A stretch of DNA of 64,000 nt, from assembly GCA_016839585.1 (NCBI GenBank), contig JAEOTZ010000070.1, forward strand, positions 1-64,000, in the 5' to 3' direction. Shown here in pieces: positions 38,744-48,554 of the stretch. A program made the translations under genes and the position numbers. The notes under the pieces are model-generated. The model saw nothing but the letters and a program-made list of their open reading frames with translations, was not told where the DNA came from and did no database searches. The stretch's first letter is position 1. Each line of letters begins with the position of its first letter. This DNA comes from Promethearchaeota archaeon. GTDB lineage: Archaea > Asgardarchaeota > Lokiarchaeia > Sigyniarchaeales > SOKP01.

Positions 38744-41530
38744 TCATTTTATCTTCTCTTTCTTAATTGTCTTAATTTCCAACATTTCAACTTCAATAGA
38801 ATCTACCTTATTCAGAAATTTATTTCTAAGATATTTATCTATAGCCACTGAGGCTATTCTTCCAGCGCCCATAGCAGAGATTACTGTAGCACTTCCAGTC
38901 ACTATATCTCCTCCAGCATATACACCTTCTATACTCGTTCTTTCATCCGTATCAGTTTCGATATAACCCCATTTGTTTAATTTTAAACCAGGGACTGACT
39001 TCGTTAGAACAGGATTTGCCAAAGCCCCAATTGCAAGTATTACTGTATCAGTTTCAATTATAAATTCCGAATCCTCAGTGGGAATAGGTCTTCGCCTTCC
39101 TGAATCATCTGGTTCTCCTAATTTCATTCTAAGGCACTCCATTTTTTTAGCATTATCATTCTCATCACCAATGATTCTTGTTGGGTTTGTTAAAAATTGA
39201 AATTCAATACCTTCTTCTACAGCATGATGATATTCTTCCCTTCTAGCAGGCATTTCTGCTTCTGACCTTCTATAGACCACAATTACTTTCTCTGCACCTA
39301 ACCTTAATGCTGTTCTGGCTGAATCTAAAGCAACATTCCCACCACCGATAACAGTAACAATCTTTCCAACCTTTATTGGAGTATCATATTCTGGAAATCT
39401 ATATGCTTTCATCAAATTAGATCTTGTTAGAAATTCGTTTGCTGTTAGAACCCCATTCAAACTTAGTCCAGGAATTCTTAGGAACATAGGAAGCCCTGCT
39501 CCAACACCTATAAAAAATGCGCTAAAACCCTCTTCTTTTAAATCTTCTAGAGTTAAAGTTTTACCAACAATAGTATTATATTTTATCTCAATACCAAGCA
39601 TTTTCAAAGTTTCAATCTCATCTTTAACGATTTCCTTAGGCAATCTAAATTCAGGTATTCCATAGACCAATACTCCTCCACCTGCATGAAAAGCTTCAAA
39701 CAGTGTAACATCATAACCTTTCATTGCAAGATCGCCCGCACATGTTAACCCAGCAGGTCCCGATCCAATAACAGCCACTTTAATATTATTGGGCGTTTGA
39801 CAATCAGGACATTCTTTAAGCTTATTTTTCCTTTCCCAGTCAGCAAGAAACCTTTCTAAATAACCAATTGAAATAGGTTCTCCAAGTGAATTTAATAAGC
39901 ATTTTTCTTCGCATTGAGTTTCTTGAGGACAAACTCTTCCACAAATAGCTGGTAATAAATTATCTCTTTTAATTAGATGTAATGCATCAGCATTTTTGCC
40001 TAATTTGATTAATCTAATAAATTCAGGGATATTTATATTTACTGGACATCCTGTAATGCACAAAGACCTCCCACATTGTAAACATCTTTGAGCTTCTAAT
40101 TTCACCATTTCTTCAGTTAATCCGAAAGGGACTTCATCAAAGTTTTTTATTCTTTCTTTAGGATCTTGTTCAATCATTTTAGGTCTGCATCCTTCCTTAT
40201 ATATCTTCTTTTTTAATTTTGCTATCCGTTCTAAATCACCAAGACGCTTATCATCTTCCTTAATTAATTTCTTTTCGATTATTTTTAAATCCAATGCTTT
40301 TTGAAATAGATCAGCACCTTTTTGAGTCCTAATTATAACTGTTGACCATCCCGGCTCAGAACTAATAGACCCTACTGATATATCTGCTTGTTCAGCAGTC
40401 AAATCATCACAGAAGAAACAACCCAATCTTCCATACTTTTTGATCTTTTTTAAAGGAATATCTATTGAAGTACCATCATTATTATAAAGGAGAAATTTAC
40501 CTTTATCTATATTCATTTTAATAATATCATCAGCAGGTTTTTGAAATTCATTTTTTAACAGCTCTAAAATTTGTGAGTAATCGAATGATTCCATACAGAA
40601 TAATCCAATTTTTATAGCGATATTATTATAAAAAGGTTCGTTAAATGGATAAATGGATATTTTTTTAAGCCCCTCCATCATACAAGGTGTCCCGACTATC
40701 GCAATATCTTTATATTTTTTAGATTCATGTAAAATTTTTAAAGAAGGTGTATTACTATATTTTGTTCCAGCCGTTTTTAATAAATCATCTACATCTTCAA
40801 CGATGATAGGTACTGGCTTGTGAGGTTTATTTGCTAATTCCACAGCTAAAGCAGAATCAATCATATTTACTTGAAAAGCAGTTTTTAATAAGCTTGTTAC
40901 GATACCTCCATCTTGAGCAACTTCAATTATTTGATTATCATTTGTCTGGGCAGTGCAGACTTCTCGGTAATAATTTATTTGATCAGAAAATTTAGCTTTT
41001 ATCTCTTCATTCTCTTTAAGAAATTTGAGATTTATTGGAAAAAATGATCTTGGACAACATGCAAAACATAATCCACAATTGATACAGTCTTCCTCAAGGA
41101 CTTCAAAAGTATCCTCAGAATATTTAATTGCATTTAAAGGACATACAGAAACGCATAATCCACAACCGCAACATAGGTTTTTTTCTTTAATAATAGATAC
41201 ATTAGGAAAAATACCCTTAGATCTATATTCATCCAATAAATATTGGAAAAATCGCGATTCCTTTCCTACAGATTTCAAAAAACCTAATTCTTGTAAGTAA
41301 TCAATCTCCAATGTTAAATTCTGACGCGAGATTGCTAATTCTTGACTGAATTTTTCTATATTAAATTCTCCCATATCTTTAATTTTCTGTAAAATCTTTT
41401 TTCTTTGCTTTTCAGCTTTATTTAGTTTGAAGATTAAGCAATCAAACTCGGTTTCATCGAATTTTGCTGCTTTCAAAATCTTCTGTTTATTATCTAATAA
41501 AATGTTAATAATAGTTGTTTGATTTTGCAT
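38744..41530 (-). CDS. Fusion: wHTH-like + ferredoxin + FrhB (F420-binding) + NfnB/GltD-like
   Basis: CCGCGLC..CP, AQDGGIVT, AGTKY, VGTPC, IGLFCME, DISVGS; then RCLQC, CPV, GRVCPQE.QCE, GSGPAG, YGIPEFRLP, GGGNVA.D, GGDIVTGSATVI. Confidence 0.9.
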   Translation of the reverse strand: MQNQTTIINILLDNKQKILKAAKFDETEFDCLIFKLNKAEKQRKKILQKIKDMGEFNIEKFSQELAISRQNLTLEIDYLQELGFLKSVGKESRFFQYLLDEYRSKGIFPNVSIIKEKNLCCGCGLCVSVCPLNAIKYSEDTFEVLEEDCINCGLCFACCPRSFFPINLKFLKENEEIKAKFSDQINYYREVCTAQTNDNQIIEVAQDGGIVTSLLKTAFQVNMIDSALAVELANKPHKPVPIIVEDVDDLLKTAGTKYSNTPSLKILHESKKYKDIAIVGTPCMMEGLKKISIYPFNEPFYNNIAIKIGLFCMESFDYSQILELLKNEFQKPADDIIKMNIDKGKFLLYNNDGTSIDIPLKKIKKYGRLGCFFCDDLTAEQADISVGSISSEPGWSTVIIRTQKGADLFQKALDLKIIEKKLIKEDDKRLGDLERIAKLKKKIYKEGCRPKMIEQDPKERIKNFDEVPFGLTEEMVKLEAQRCLQCGRSLCITGCPVNINIPEFIRLIKLGKNADALHLIKRDNLLPAICGRVCPQETQCEEKCLLNSLGEPISIGYLERFLADWERKNKLKECPDCQTPNNIKVAVIGSGPAGLTCAGDLAMKGYDVTLFEAFHAGGGVLVYGIPEFRLPKEIVKDEIETLKMLGIEIKYNTIVGKTLTLEDLKEEGFSAFFIGVGAGLPMFLRIPGLSLNGVLTANEFLTRSNLMKAYRFPEYDTPIKVGKIVTVIGGGNVALDSARTALRLGAEKVIVVYRRSEAEMPARREEYHHAVEEGIEFQFLTNPTRIIGDENDNAKKMECLRMKLGEPDDSGRRRPIPTEDSEFIIETDTVILAIGALANPVLTKSVPGLKLNKWGYIETDTDERTSIEGVYAGGDIVTGSATVISAMGAGRIASVAIDKYLRNKFLNKVDSIEVEMLEIKTIKKEKIK

Positions 41531-41531
41531 T

Positions 41532-42404
41532 TTAAATTAACCCTCCCATTTTGAGTTTTTCTACAGCCTTACATTCATGTTCATAGCGTTCAATACTCTC
41601 CTTTTCTTGAGCCATAAATCTTTTAGCACGTTTTAATAGATTATCAAAATCTACCATATGACCATCCACACAGGCAAAATATATTTTCCCATCTATTGTG
41701 GAAAATCGGCATCCTCCACACATACCAGTACCATCGATCATAATCGTATTTAGAGAAACCATTGTTTTTACTTTAGGTAATCCTTCATACCCATTTGTCG
41801 TTAAAGCTACAAATTTCATCATAATTAATGGTCCTATAGAAATAACTAGACTTAAAGGCTCTCTCTTTAAAAGTTCCTTAAGAGGTTCAGTAACCACACC
41901 CTTTTTCCCTTCGGTTCCATCATCTGTACAAATTATTAACTCATCACTAACCTGTTTCATCTTTTCTCTCCAAAATAATAAATCACTACTCCTTGCACCA
42001 ATAATTGATATTACCTTGTTTCCTGTTTCTTTCAATTCTTTTGCTTGAGGATAACAAGGAGCAATACCCACTCCACCTCCAATAATTACAACAGGATAGT
42101 CATACTTTTTCAGATGAATTTCATTTCCTAAAGGTCCAACAACATCAAGAAGGAAATCTCCCTTTTCTAATGTCGATAATAATTTTGTTGTTTTACCAAC
42201 AACCTGAAAAACAATCGTTATAGTACCTTTTTCTCGATTATAATCAGCAACAGTTAAAGGAATTCTCTCTCCTTTTTCATTTATTCTGGTTATAATAAAA
42301 TTTCCAGCCCGCGCCTTTTTAGCAATTAAAGGCATGTCTAGTTCCATTTCAAATAACGTTCTACTACTTCCTAATTCTTTTTTCATTAAAATTTTATAGA
42401 CCAT
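41532..42404 (-). CDS. nfnA: NfnA/SudB (NAD-binding small subunit of bifurcating transhydrogenase)
   Basis: GERIPLT, GPLG, GGGVGIAP, TDDG, GPLIMMK, MIDGTGMCGGCR, CVDG. Confidence 0.88.
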   Translation of the reverse strand: MVYKILMKKELGSSRTLFEMELDMPLIAKKARAGNFIITRINEKGERIPLTVADYNREKGTITIVFQVVGKTTKLLSTLEKGDFLLDVVGPLGNEIHLKKYDYPVVIIGGGVGIAPCYPQAKELKETGNKVISIIGARSSDLLFWREKMKQVSDELIICTDDGTEGKKGVVTEPLKELLKREPLSLVISIGPLIMMKFVALTTNGYEGLPKVKTMVSLNTIMIDGTGMCGGCRFSTIDGKIYFACVDGHMVDFDNLLKRAKRFMAQEKESIERYEHECKAVEKLKMGGLI

Positions 42405-42453
42405 AATTGAAACCCTTATTTTTATTTACAATTATAAAAATTTAAAAAAAGTA

Positions 42454-42476
42454 AATTAGAAATTGAATTTCTAATT
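42454..42476. repeat. Perfect 11-bp inverted repeat (operator- or terminator-like)
   Basis: AATTAGAAATT-G-AATTTCTAATT between the mtdB-like gene and nfnA. Confidence 0.5.
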
Positions 42477-42497
42477 CTATATAAGTTTCTGCTTTCT

Positions 42498-43493
42498 TTA
42501 AGCTGTAATTTCAATTTCTTCATCGAAAAGAATCCTACATGCTAGTTTGAAAGCGTTATGATAATCAAAGATTTTATTACCTTTGCTCTCTGATGCTTCT
42601 TTAAAAATATTACTCTCAGTCTTGTATTTTAGTCTTCCTACACCTAAAGCTCCAATTCCATAAATTCCTGGAACTATTTCATCACCTTCAAATTTTGGTT
42701 TTAATCCCTCAATTCCGTAGGGAGGTACTAAATTGATATCAACTGCGATCTTATTCTTAGGTAATTTTTCCAATAGCTCTTTTGAAACCATTTGGACTCC
42801 TGCTTTAGCTACAGACCAAATAATGTCAGCTTCTTTAAGAAATTTATATTTTTGCTCATCAGTAATCCCTACAGCACCAATAATTTCGGTTACTCCTTCT
42901 CCTGCTTTTTCAGTTAAGCTCTTTGCCAAAGTTTTGATAATTTCCTCCCGTCGGGATGTTATCACAGCAGTACAATTAAGCTTTGCAGCTAAAATTGCAC
43001 CAATTTGTCCGACTGGACCTGTACCTCCTAAAATGACTACTTTTTTACCAGAGAGATCATGCCATCCTAGCTTTCGAGTAATCTCTATAGTCTTAGCGAC
43101 CATTGCTGCAGCGGTTGTATAAGCACCTCTTGGATCTATGATTACAGGAGATTCAAAAGGGGGTACAAGCGAACTTAATACAGTTTTGGCAACTTTATCA
43201 ACTTCTTCTACATCGGAACCACCAATAAAATAAACTGTTGGAGCACCTGCTTTTCTCGAAAACATGGCATCTTGGACTAATTGAGTTACTTTATCAACCT
43301 TTATATTGTTATAAGGGATTACAACATCAAAACCGGCATCATATGCCATATTGATATCAAATGGAGATGCATGATCATCCGTATCAAAAAAATAACAAAT
43401 TTTATCGGATGTATCTTTCTTTTTAATAATAATCGGTGTCAGTTCTATTATTGATTTTTTTCCAAGGATATTTTCAATTTCTCTTTCTACCAT
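42498..43493 (-). CDS. NAD(P)-dependent methylene-H4MPT/H4F dehydrogenase (MtdA/MtdB family)
   Basis: SPFDINMAYDAG, LVQDAMFSR, DPRGAYTTAAA, GGTGPVG, DINLVPP, GIGALGVG..K. Confidence 0.88.
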   Translation of the reverse strand: MVEREIENILGKKSIIELTPIIIKKKDTSDKICYFFDTDDHASPFDINMAYDAGFDVVIPYNNIKVDKVTQLVQDAMFSRKAGAPTVYFIGGSDVEEVDKVAKTVLSSLVPPFESPVIIDPRGAYTTAAAMVAKTIEITRKLGWHDLSGKKVVILGGTGPVGQIGAILAAKLNCTAVITSRREEIIKTLAKSLTEKAGEGVTEIIGAVGITDEQKYKFLKEADIIWSVAKAGVQMVSKELLEKLPKNKIAVDINLVPPYGIEGLKPKFEGDEIVPGIYGIGALGVGRLKYKTESNIFKEASESKGNKIFDYHNAFKLACRILFDEEIEITA

Positions 43494-43542
43494 TTACATC
43501 AACTATTTTTTTTATATTTAAAAATTTAATAAAAATTAACTT

Positions 43543-44268
43543 TTAATTATCAATTTCTAAATCTTTTTCAAATATTTCTCCGACTTCTTCAGTTTTAATC
43601 TTCCTATTTATTTTCACTTGTTCTGTTTCAATACCAAGATCCAATGAAAGTTTCTCAAGACCGTTAAAGTGTCGAGGATCACATATGAATAAACATTTCA
43701 ATTTCTTTCCTTCAAATTCCTTCGCAAACTTCAAAATATTCATCATCATCCATGCTTCTCGAACTTTATATCTAACTTCATCTTCTTGACTCTTGTAATC
43801 CATTTGTAAATATTCTTTCCATAATACTAATCGTTGAATAAATTCATCTTTTTCAGGTTTCTCTTTAAATTCTTTCATTATACCATTGACTCTTTTTTCG
43901 AGATTCTTAATCATTGTCCTGTGTTCATCCAATGCTGAAGAGAGATATAATTCAGCATTTTCTGAAATATCAGTATGTTTAAACGGAATTCCACGTTTTT
44001 TAAGAAGTATTTTTAAAGGATCATTTTTATTCAGTTCTTCACTCCATGAATTTGGCCTTTCTTCTAAAATAAAATTCGGTTTATATTTTTCTATTAACGA
44101 ATCAATTAATTGAAGGTATTCCTTAGAAATTAAATGAAGATTCCAAAAAAGATCTTCTTTATAATCCTTGGGAACTTCAAACCACCAGTCGATAGGAAAC
44201 TCACTCTCAATCAAAATCAACTTTAAGTTCTTATTTTTTAAAGGTTTTAATTCTAATACTTCTGGCAT
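43543..44268 (-). CDS. Hypothetical protein (paralog of the adjacent gene)
   Basis: Begins MPEVLELKPLKNK; VREAWMMMNIL resembles LRPQWIVKKML of its neighbour. Confidence 0.7.
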   Translation of the reverse strand: MPEVLELKPLKNKNLKLILIESEFPIDWWFEVPKDYKEDLFWNLHLISKEYLQLIDSLIEKYKPNFILEERPNSWSEELNKNDPLKILLKKRGIPFKHTDISENAELYLSSALDEHRTMIKNLEKRVNGIMKEFKEKPEKDEFIQRLVLWKEYLQMDYKSQEDEVRYKVREAWMMMNILKFAKEFEGKKLKCLFICDPRHFNGLEKLSLDLGIETEQVKINRKIKTEEVGEIFEKDLEIDN

Positions 44269-44292
44269 TTATTATCGCCTCTCTTTTTTTTA

Positions 44293-44922
44293 TTAAAATA
44301 TTATATTTTGAATTGTATGTTTTTTATTATAAGATATAACTTTTACACTTAATTCTCTTAAATTTTCAACTATTTGCGGACAAATATCTTCACAGATATC
44401 TTCTTGAACAAAATGAACAAATACCACAGTATCTTTCTTATAAGATAATGCTAAATCTAACATTTTTTTAACAATCCATTGAGGTCTCAATTTTAAACTA
44501 AGAAAAATTTCTCTTTCCTGAATTTCCTCTCCTAACATATCTATCCAATTTTTTAAACTAAGCCCTTTAAACGATTCTTTATCTTCCATATTTTCATACT
44601 CTTCAAACAATTCATTTTGAAATTGTTGTTTGTCAATAATTTCCTGATATAGATACCCCATAGCATAATCTGGAATATCTAATTGAAAATATTGTATGTC
44701 TAGTTCATTTAATGTTTGAGCAAATGGTGTTGTTCTGAATTCTTTCATATCAACTTGAAAATCAATAGTCACAAAGTCAATATTTTTCTTTTTTAAAAAT
44801 TCTATAAGTTTAGAATTATCAGTATTTTGGAAATATTTAGCATTCTCTTTAGATGACATATATACTACGATTTTTTTGTTTTTTATTGGCTTAAATTCTA
44901 AAACTTCCATTAAGTTATACAC
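44293..44922 (-). CDS. Hypothetical protein (paralog of the adjacent gene)
   Basis: MEVLEFKPIKNK N-terminus. Confidence 0.7.
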   Translation of the reverse strand: MYNLMEVLEFKPIKNKKIVVYMSSKENAKYFQNTDNSKLIEFLKKKNIDFVTIDFQVDMKEFRTTPFAQTLNELDIQYFQLDIPDYAMGYLYQEIIDKQQFQNELFEEYENMEDKESFKGLSLKNWIDMLGEEIQEREIFLSLKLRPQWIVKKMLDLALSYKKDTVVFVHFVQEDICEDICPQIVENLRELSVKVISYNKKHTIQNIIF

Positions 44923-45255
44923 CTTCTTATGTTTAAATTTACAAGTAATTTTCTTTCTAAGTAAATGATTATTTCTTCAAAATAAAAAGAATTTGACAAG
45001 AATAATTTCTTCAAATTTGATAAATTTTTTAATCAAAAATTCTAATATGACAATTTTTTTAGTTATATCTAAAATTAACAAAAAATCGACTAATACCAAT
45101 AATATAGGCTACGATTATCATAAATTATATGATCAAGATTTCACAAAGATTTAAATAATTCGATAATAATAATTATCATGAGGAAAAATAAATTTATCAA
45201 AAATTAAAAATTAAGAAAAAAACCATAATAAAAGAGAAATAGGGAGGATTTTGAA

Positions 45256-47802
45256 ATGGATCTTTACTCAATATTATCACATCCTTTTCGTAGAAAGATT
45301 CTCTTACTTTTGGAAAGAGAGGGATTCATTCCTTACACCGATTTAATGGAAAAATTGGGTTTAGACCAAACGGGGCAATTAAATTTCCACTTAAAAAAGC
45401 TTGGGTCATTGATTAGCAAAGATAAAAGATCTTATTTTTTGACAGAAGATGGTAAACGAGTATTAAAAATTATAAGTTTAAACAAACGTATTTTATCAGG
45501 CGAAGAATTAGAATACTCGGATAAAAAAGGAAGTTTAATAAATCGCATAGGAGTAATAATCTGTAATTGTAATACTGAAATTTCTAATGTTATTAATATT
45601 AAAATTTTAGAGAAGTATATTGCAAAGTTGAATGATGTTGTTTCTGTCAAGATATTTGATAATTTATGTCAAGAAAAGAATTTGAATAAAATCACATCTT
45701 GGGCAAAAGAAAATTTTCTAAATAAAGTAGTAATTGCAGCTTGTTCTCCTAAAACACACCAACATATTTTTGAACGTATCTTTAAAGATGTGATTGAACA
45801 TACAAATATAGAAATTGCAAATATTAGGGAGCAATGCTGTTGGGTTCATGATTCAAATCTTGAAAAATTTAGTGCAGTTCTAATTCTAAGAAAAGCAGAA
45901 TTATTAATAGAAGCAGGAATTGAACGTGTAAAACTTCAAAAGGAAGTAAAAATTAAAACGGTAGAAGTTGAGAAAGCTTGTGCAATATTAGGGGGAGGTA
46001 TTGCAGGTATGACTTTAGCACTCAATTTATCAAAAGCAGGAATAAAAGTATATCTTATTGAAAAATCACCAACATTAGGAGGTAAGGTAGCTAGATGGCA
46101 CCGTATCTCTGAGATGGGTGATTGTTCTATTTGTTTCACTTCAGAATTGATTGGAGAAATAGTTAAAGAAAAGAATATCAAAATATTTACAAATAGCGAA
46201 ATTGAAACAATCTCGGGAGAAGTGGGAAATTTTACAATTGAATTAATTAAAAAACCTAGATATGTAGATGAAAAGAAATGTACCGGTTGTAAACAATGCA
46301 TTAATGTATGTGGTAAGGAGAAAAAGAATCAATATGATTTCGGTTTATCAAATCGAAAAGTTATATATATCCCTTTTCAGAATTCATATCCATATGTCCC
46401 TTTAGTTGATCACGAAGATATTGAAGACTGTCTCGATTGTAGGATTTGTGAACGAGCTTGTATTAATAAAGCAATTAATTTAAATGAAAAACCGGAAAAA
46501 GTCCGAATTAAGGTTGGTGTAAAAGTTATAGCTATCGGGTCAGATTTTAGTGAGAATTTAAAGGATTATCATTATAATCCTCAAAATAATATTATTACTT
46601 CACCTGAATTTGAGCGTATATTATCTTCTGACGGTATTACAGAAGGGAAATTATTAAGAATCTCAGATAAGAAACAAGTAAATTCGGTTTCTATTATTCA
46701 AGAGGTGGGGCCTTCAAAATTACTCTCAGATTACTCTGAAATTTTAGCAGAAAAATATATTGAGGATATTAAAATAAGAAATTCTAAATGTGAAGTTAAT
46801 GTTTTTTATGATTTGAGTAAATTAAATGATAAGGATCAGATTTTGTTAAGATCAACTAATCCTAGATTTATTTACGCTAATCATATTTCTATTAAATGTA
46901 ATAAAGATATAAACAGTGTTGTTGCTGATGATACTGAATTTCCAAGTGATTTGATTGTATTAAACCTTAAATATATTCCCAACAAAGATCTAAAAGATCT
47001 TCGAAAATATATGGACTTTTCTTTAGACGATAATGGTTTCATGAGTAGAGAAACATTAGCATCTGGTATTTATGGCGTTGGTACAATTTTTGGACCATTA
47101 AATTATAAATCTACAATTTCAACAACACATCAAATAGCTTTAGAAATAATTTATCTTCTTTCAAATGACTATTTAGTATCAGAATTTACAGGAATTAAAA
47201 TAAATGAAGAAAAATGTGGGTTGTGCGGATTATGCGTAGATTCATGTCCATATAATGCCATAATAATCGGAAGAGATAAAATAAATATCGATAAGTTTAA
47301 ATGTAAAGGCTGTGGAACATGTGTAAGTGTTTGTCCTACAAATGCTATTGATTTGAATATTGATACTTCCAAAAAAATACTTAAAACAATAGAAATTTTT
47401 TCTAAATTTAATAAAAAACCTAAGATTATTGCTTTTTGCTGTAAATCTTGTGGCTATGCTGCTGCAGATGATGCAGGATTAAAGAAACTATTCTATCACC
47501 CAAATGTGTTTATAATTAAAGTTCCATGCACAGGGCGTATTGATACAGAATTTATCCTTAAATCTTTTGAGTTTGGATTTGATGGTGTAATGGTTATTGG
47601 TTGTAGAAAAGATGCATGCAGATATATTGATGGAATTCAAAAAGTTCAGAAAAAAGTAGACCTGTTAAAGAGAGTATTAGGTCCCCGATTAAGTAGGAGG
47701 ATTATTATAAAAAATCTGAATGCTGTAGAAGGTTCCAAATTTACAAATACAATAAATAAATTTTATAATCTATTAACGGAGGAGATTAGATCTGAAACTT
47801 AA
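45256..47802 (+). CDS. ArsR-type wHTH + degenerate HdrA-like + MvhD fusion
   Basis: LSHPFRRKILLLL..GQLNFHLKKL..YFLTEDG; CNC, AACSP, NIREQC, GGGIAG; ferredoxin motifs; MvhD IIAFCC..CGY..AD, PCTGRID, GC...C. Confidence 0.88.
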   Translation: MDLYSILSHPFRRKILLLLEREGFIPYTDLMEKLGLDQTGQLNFHLKKLGSLISKDKRSYFLTEDGKRVLKIISLNKRILSGEELEYSDKKGSLINRIGVIICNCNTEISNVINIKILEKYIAKLNDVVSVKIFDNLCQEKNLNKITSWAKENFLNKVVIAACSPKTHQHIFERIFKDVIEHTNIEIANIREQCCWVHDSNLEKFSAVLILRKAELLIEAGIERVKLQKEVKIKTVEVEKACAILGGGIAGMTLALNLSKAGIKVYLIEKSPTLGGKVARWHRISEMGDCSICFTSELIGEIVKEKNIKIFTNSEIETISGEVGNFTIELIKKPRYVDEKKCTGCKQCINVCGKEKKNQYDFGLSNRKVIYIPFQNSYPYVPLVDHEDIEDCLDCRICERACINKAINLNEKPEKVRIKVGVKVIAIGSDFSENLKDYHYNPQNNIITSPEFERILSSDGITEGKLLRISDKKQVNSVSIIQEVGPSKLLSDYSEILAEKYIEDIKIRNSKCEVNVFYDLSKLNDKDQILLRSTNPRFIYANHISIKCNKDINSVVADDTEFPSDLIVLNLKYIPNKDLKDLRKYMDFSLDDNGFMSRETLASGIYGVGTIFGPLNYKSTISTTHQIALEIIYLLSNDYLVSEFTGIKINEEKCGLCGLCVDSCPYNAIIIGRDKINIDKFKCKGCGTCVSVCPTNAIDLNIDTSKKILKTIEIFSKFNKKPKIIAFCCKSCGYAAADDAGLKKLFYHPNVFIIKVPCTGRIDTEFILKSFEFGFDGVMVIGCRKDACRYIDGIQKVQKKVDLLKRVLGPRLSRRIIIKNLNAVEGSKFTNTINKFYNLLTEEIRSET

Positions 47803-48550
47803 ATTTTTAATAGCATCCCTTACCTCCTGTAGTGGATGTATCTCTACATTAATCTCAAGTGATATATTTCCTGAGTTTTTAGAAAGAACAAATATCTCTT
47901 ATTTTCCCTTTATCTCTGATGAGGATAAAATTACTGAATGTGATATTGCTTTAATAGAAGGTTGTATCTCGATGGATTCACAAATTGAATTATTAAAAGA
48001 GATTAGAAATAATGCAAAAAAAGTATACGCTTTAGGTACTTGTGCAGCATTTGGGGGAATTTTAAGTTTATCAGAAAAGAAAAAAGCAGGTGCAATATCA
48101 GATATTGTCCAAATCGATGGTATTATACCTGGTTGTCCTCCTCCTTTAAAACTAATAGGAAATTGTTTAATAAGATTAATAGAAAATAAAGAAATAGAAT
48201 TGTCAGAAAAAAATCTATGTTCATCATGCCCACTAAGAGGAAATAATAACATGCTTTTTGAAAAACAAATTTATAAATTAAATCCTTCTGGTGATGAGAT
48301 AATGTCTCTAGATGAAAATTCAAATTGTTTTTTAAACAATGGAATTTTATGCTTAGGACCAATAACTAGGGAGGGCTGCGATTATAAATGTATAGAATAT
48401 GGAATACCCTGTGAAGGATGTTTAGGACCTGTATCTAAGGATTATACCTCAAATTTGATAAATTTCTTAAGCCTTGTTAATCTCTCTAAAGATTTAAGAA
48501 AATATAAAGGAATCTTCTATAGATTCTCGAAACCAAAATTAAAATGGTGA
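47792..48550 (+). CDS. Group 3 [NiFe] hydrogenase small subunit (MvhG/HydD-like), CTG start
   Basis: Frame extends 60 codons above ATG 47972 to CTG after a GGAGG SD, adding SLTSCSGC and DIALIEG; GTCA..GG, PGCPP, CLGP.T..GC. Confidence 0.88.
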   Translation: MKLKFLIASLTSCSGCISTLISSDIFPEFLERTNISYFPFISDEDKITECDIALIEGCISMDSQIELLKEIRNNAKKVYALGTCAAFGGILSLSEKKKAGAISDIVQIDGIIPGCPPPLKLIGNCLIRLIENKEIELSEKNLCSSCPLRGNNNMLFEKQIYKLNPSGDEIMSLDENSNCFLNNGILCLGPITREGCDYKCIEYGIPCEGCLGPVSKDYTSNLINFLSLVNLSKDLRKYKGIFYRFSKPKLKW

Positions 48551-48554
48551 TATT

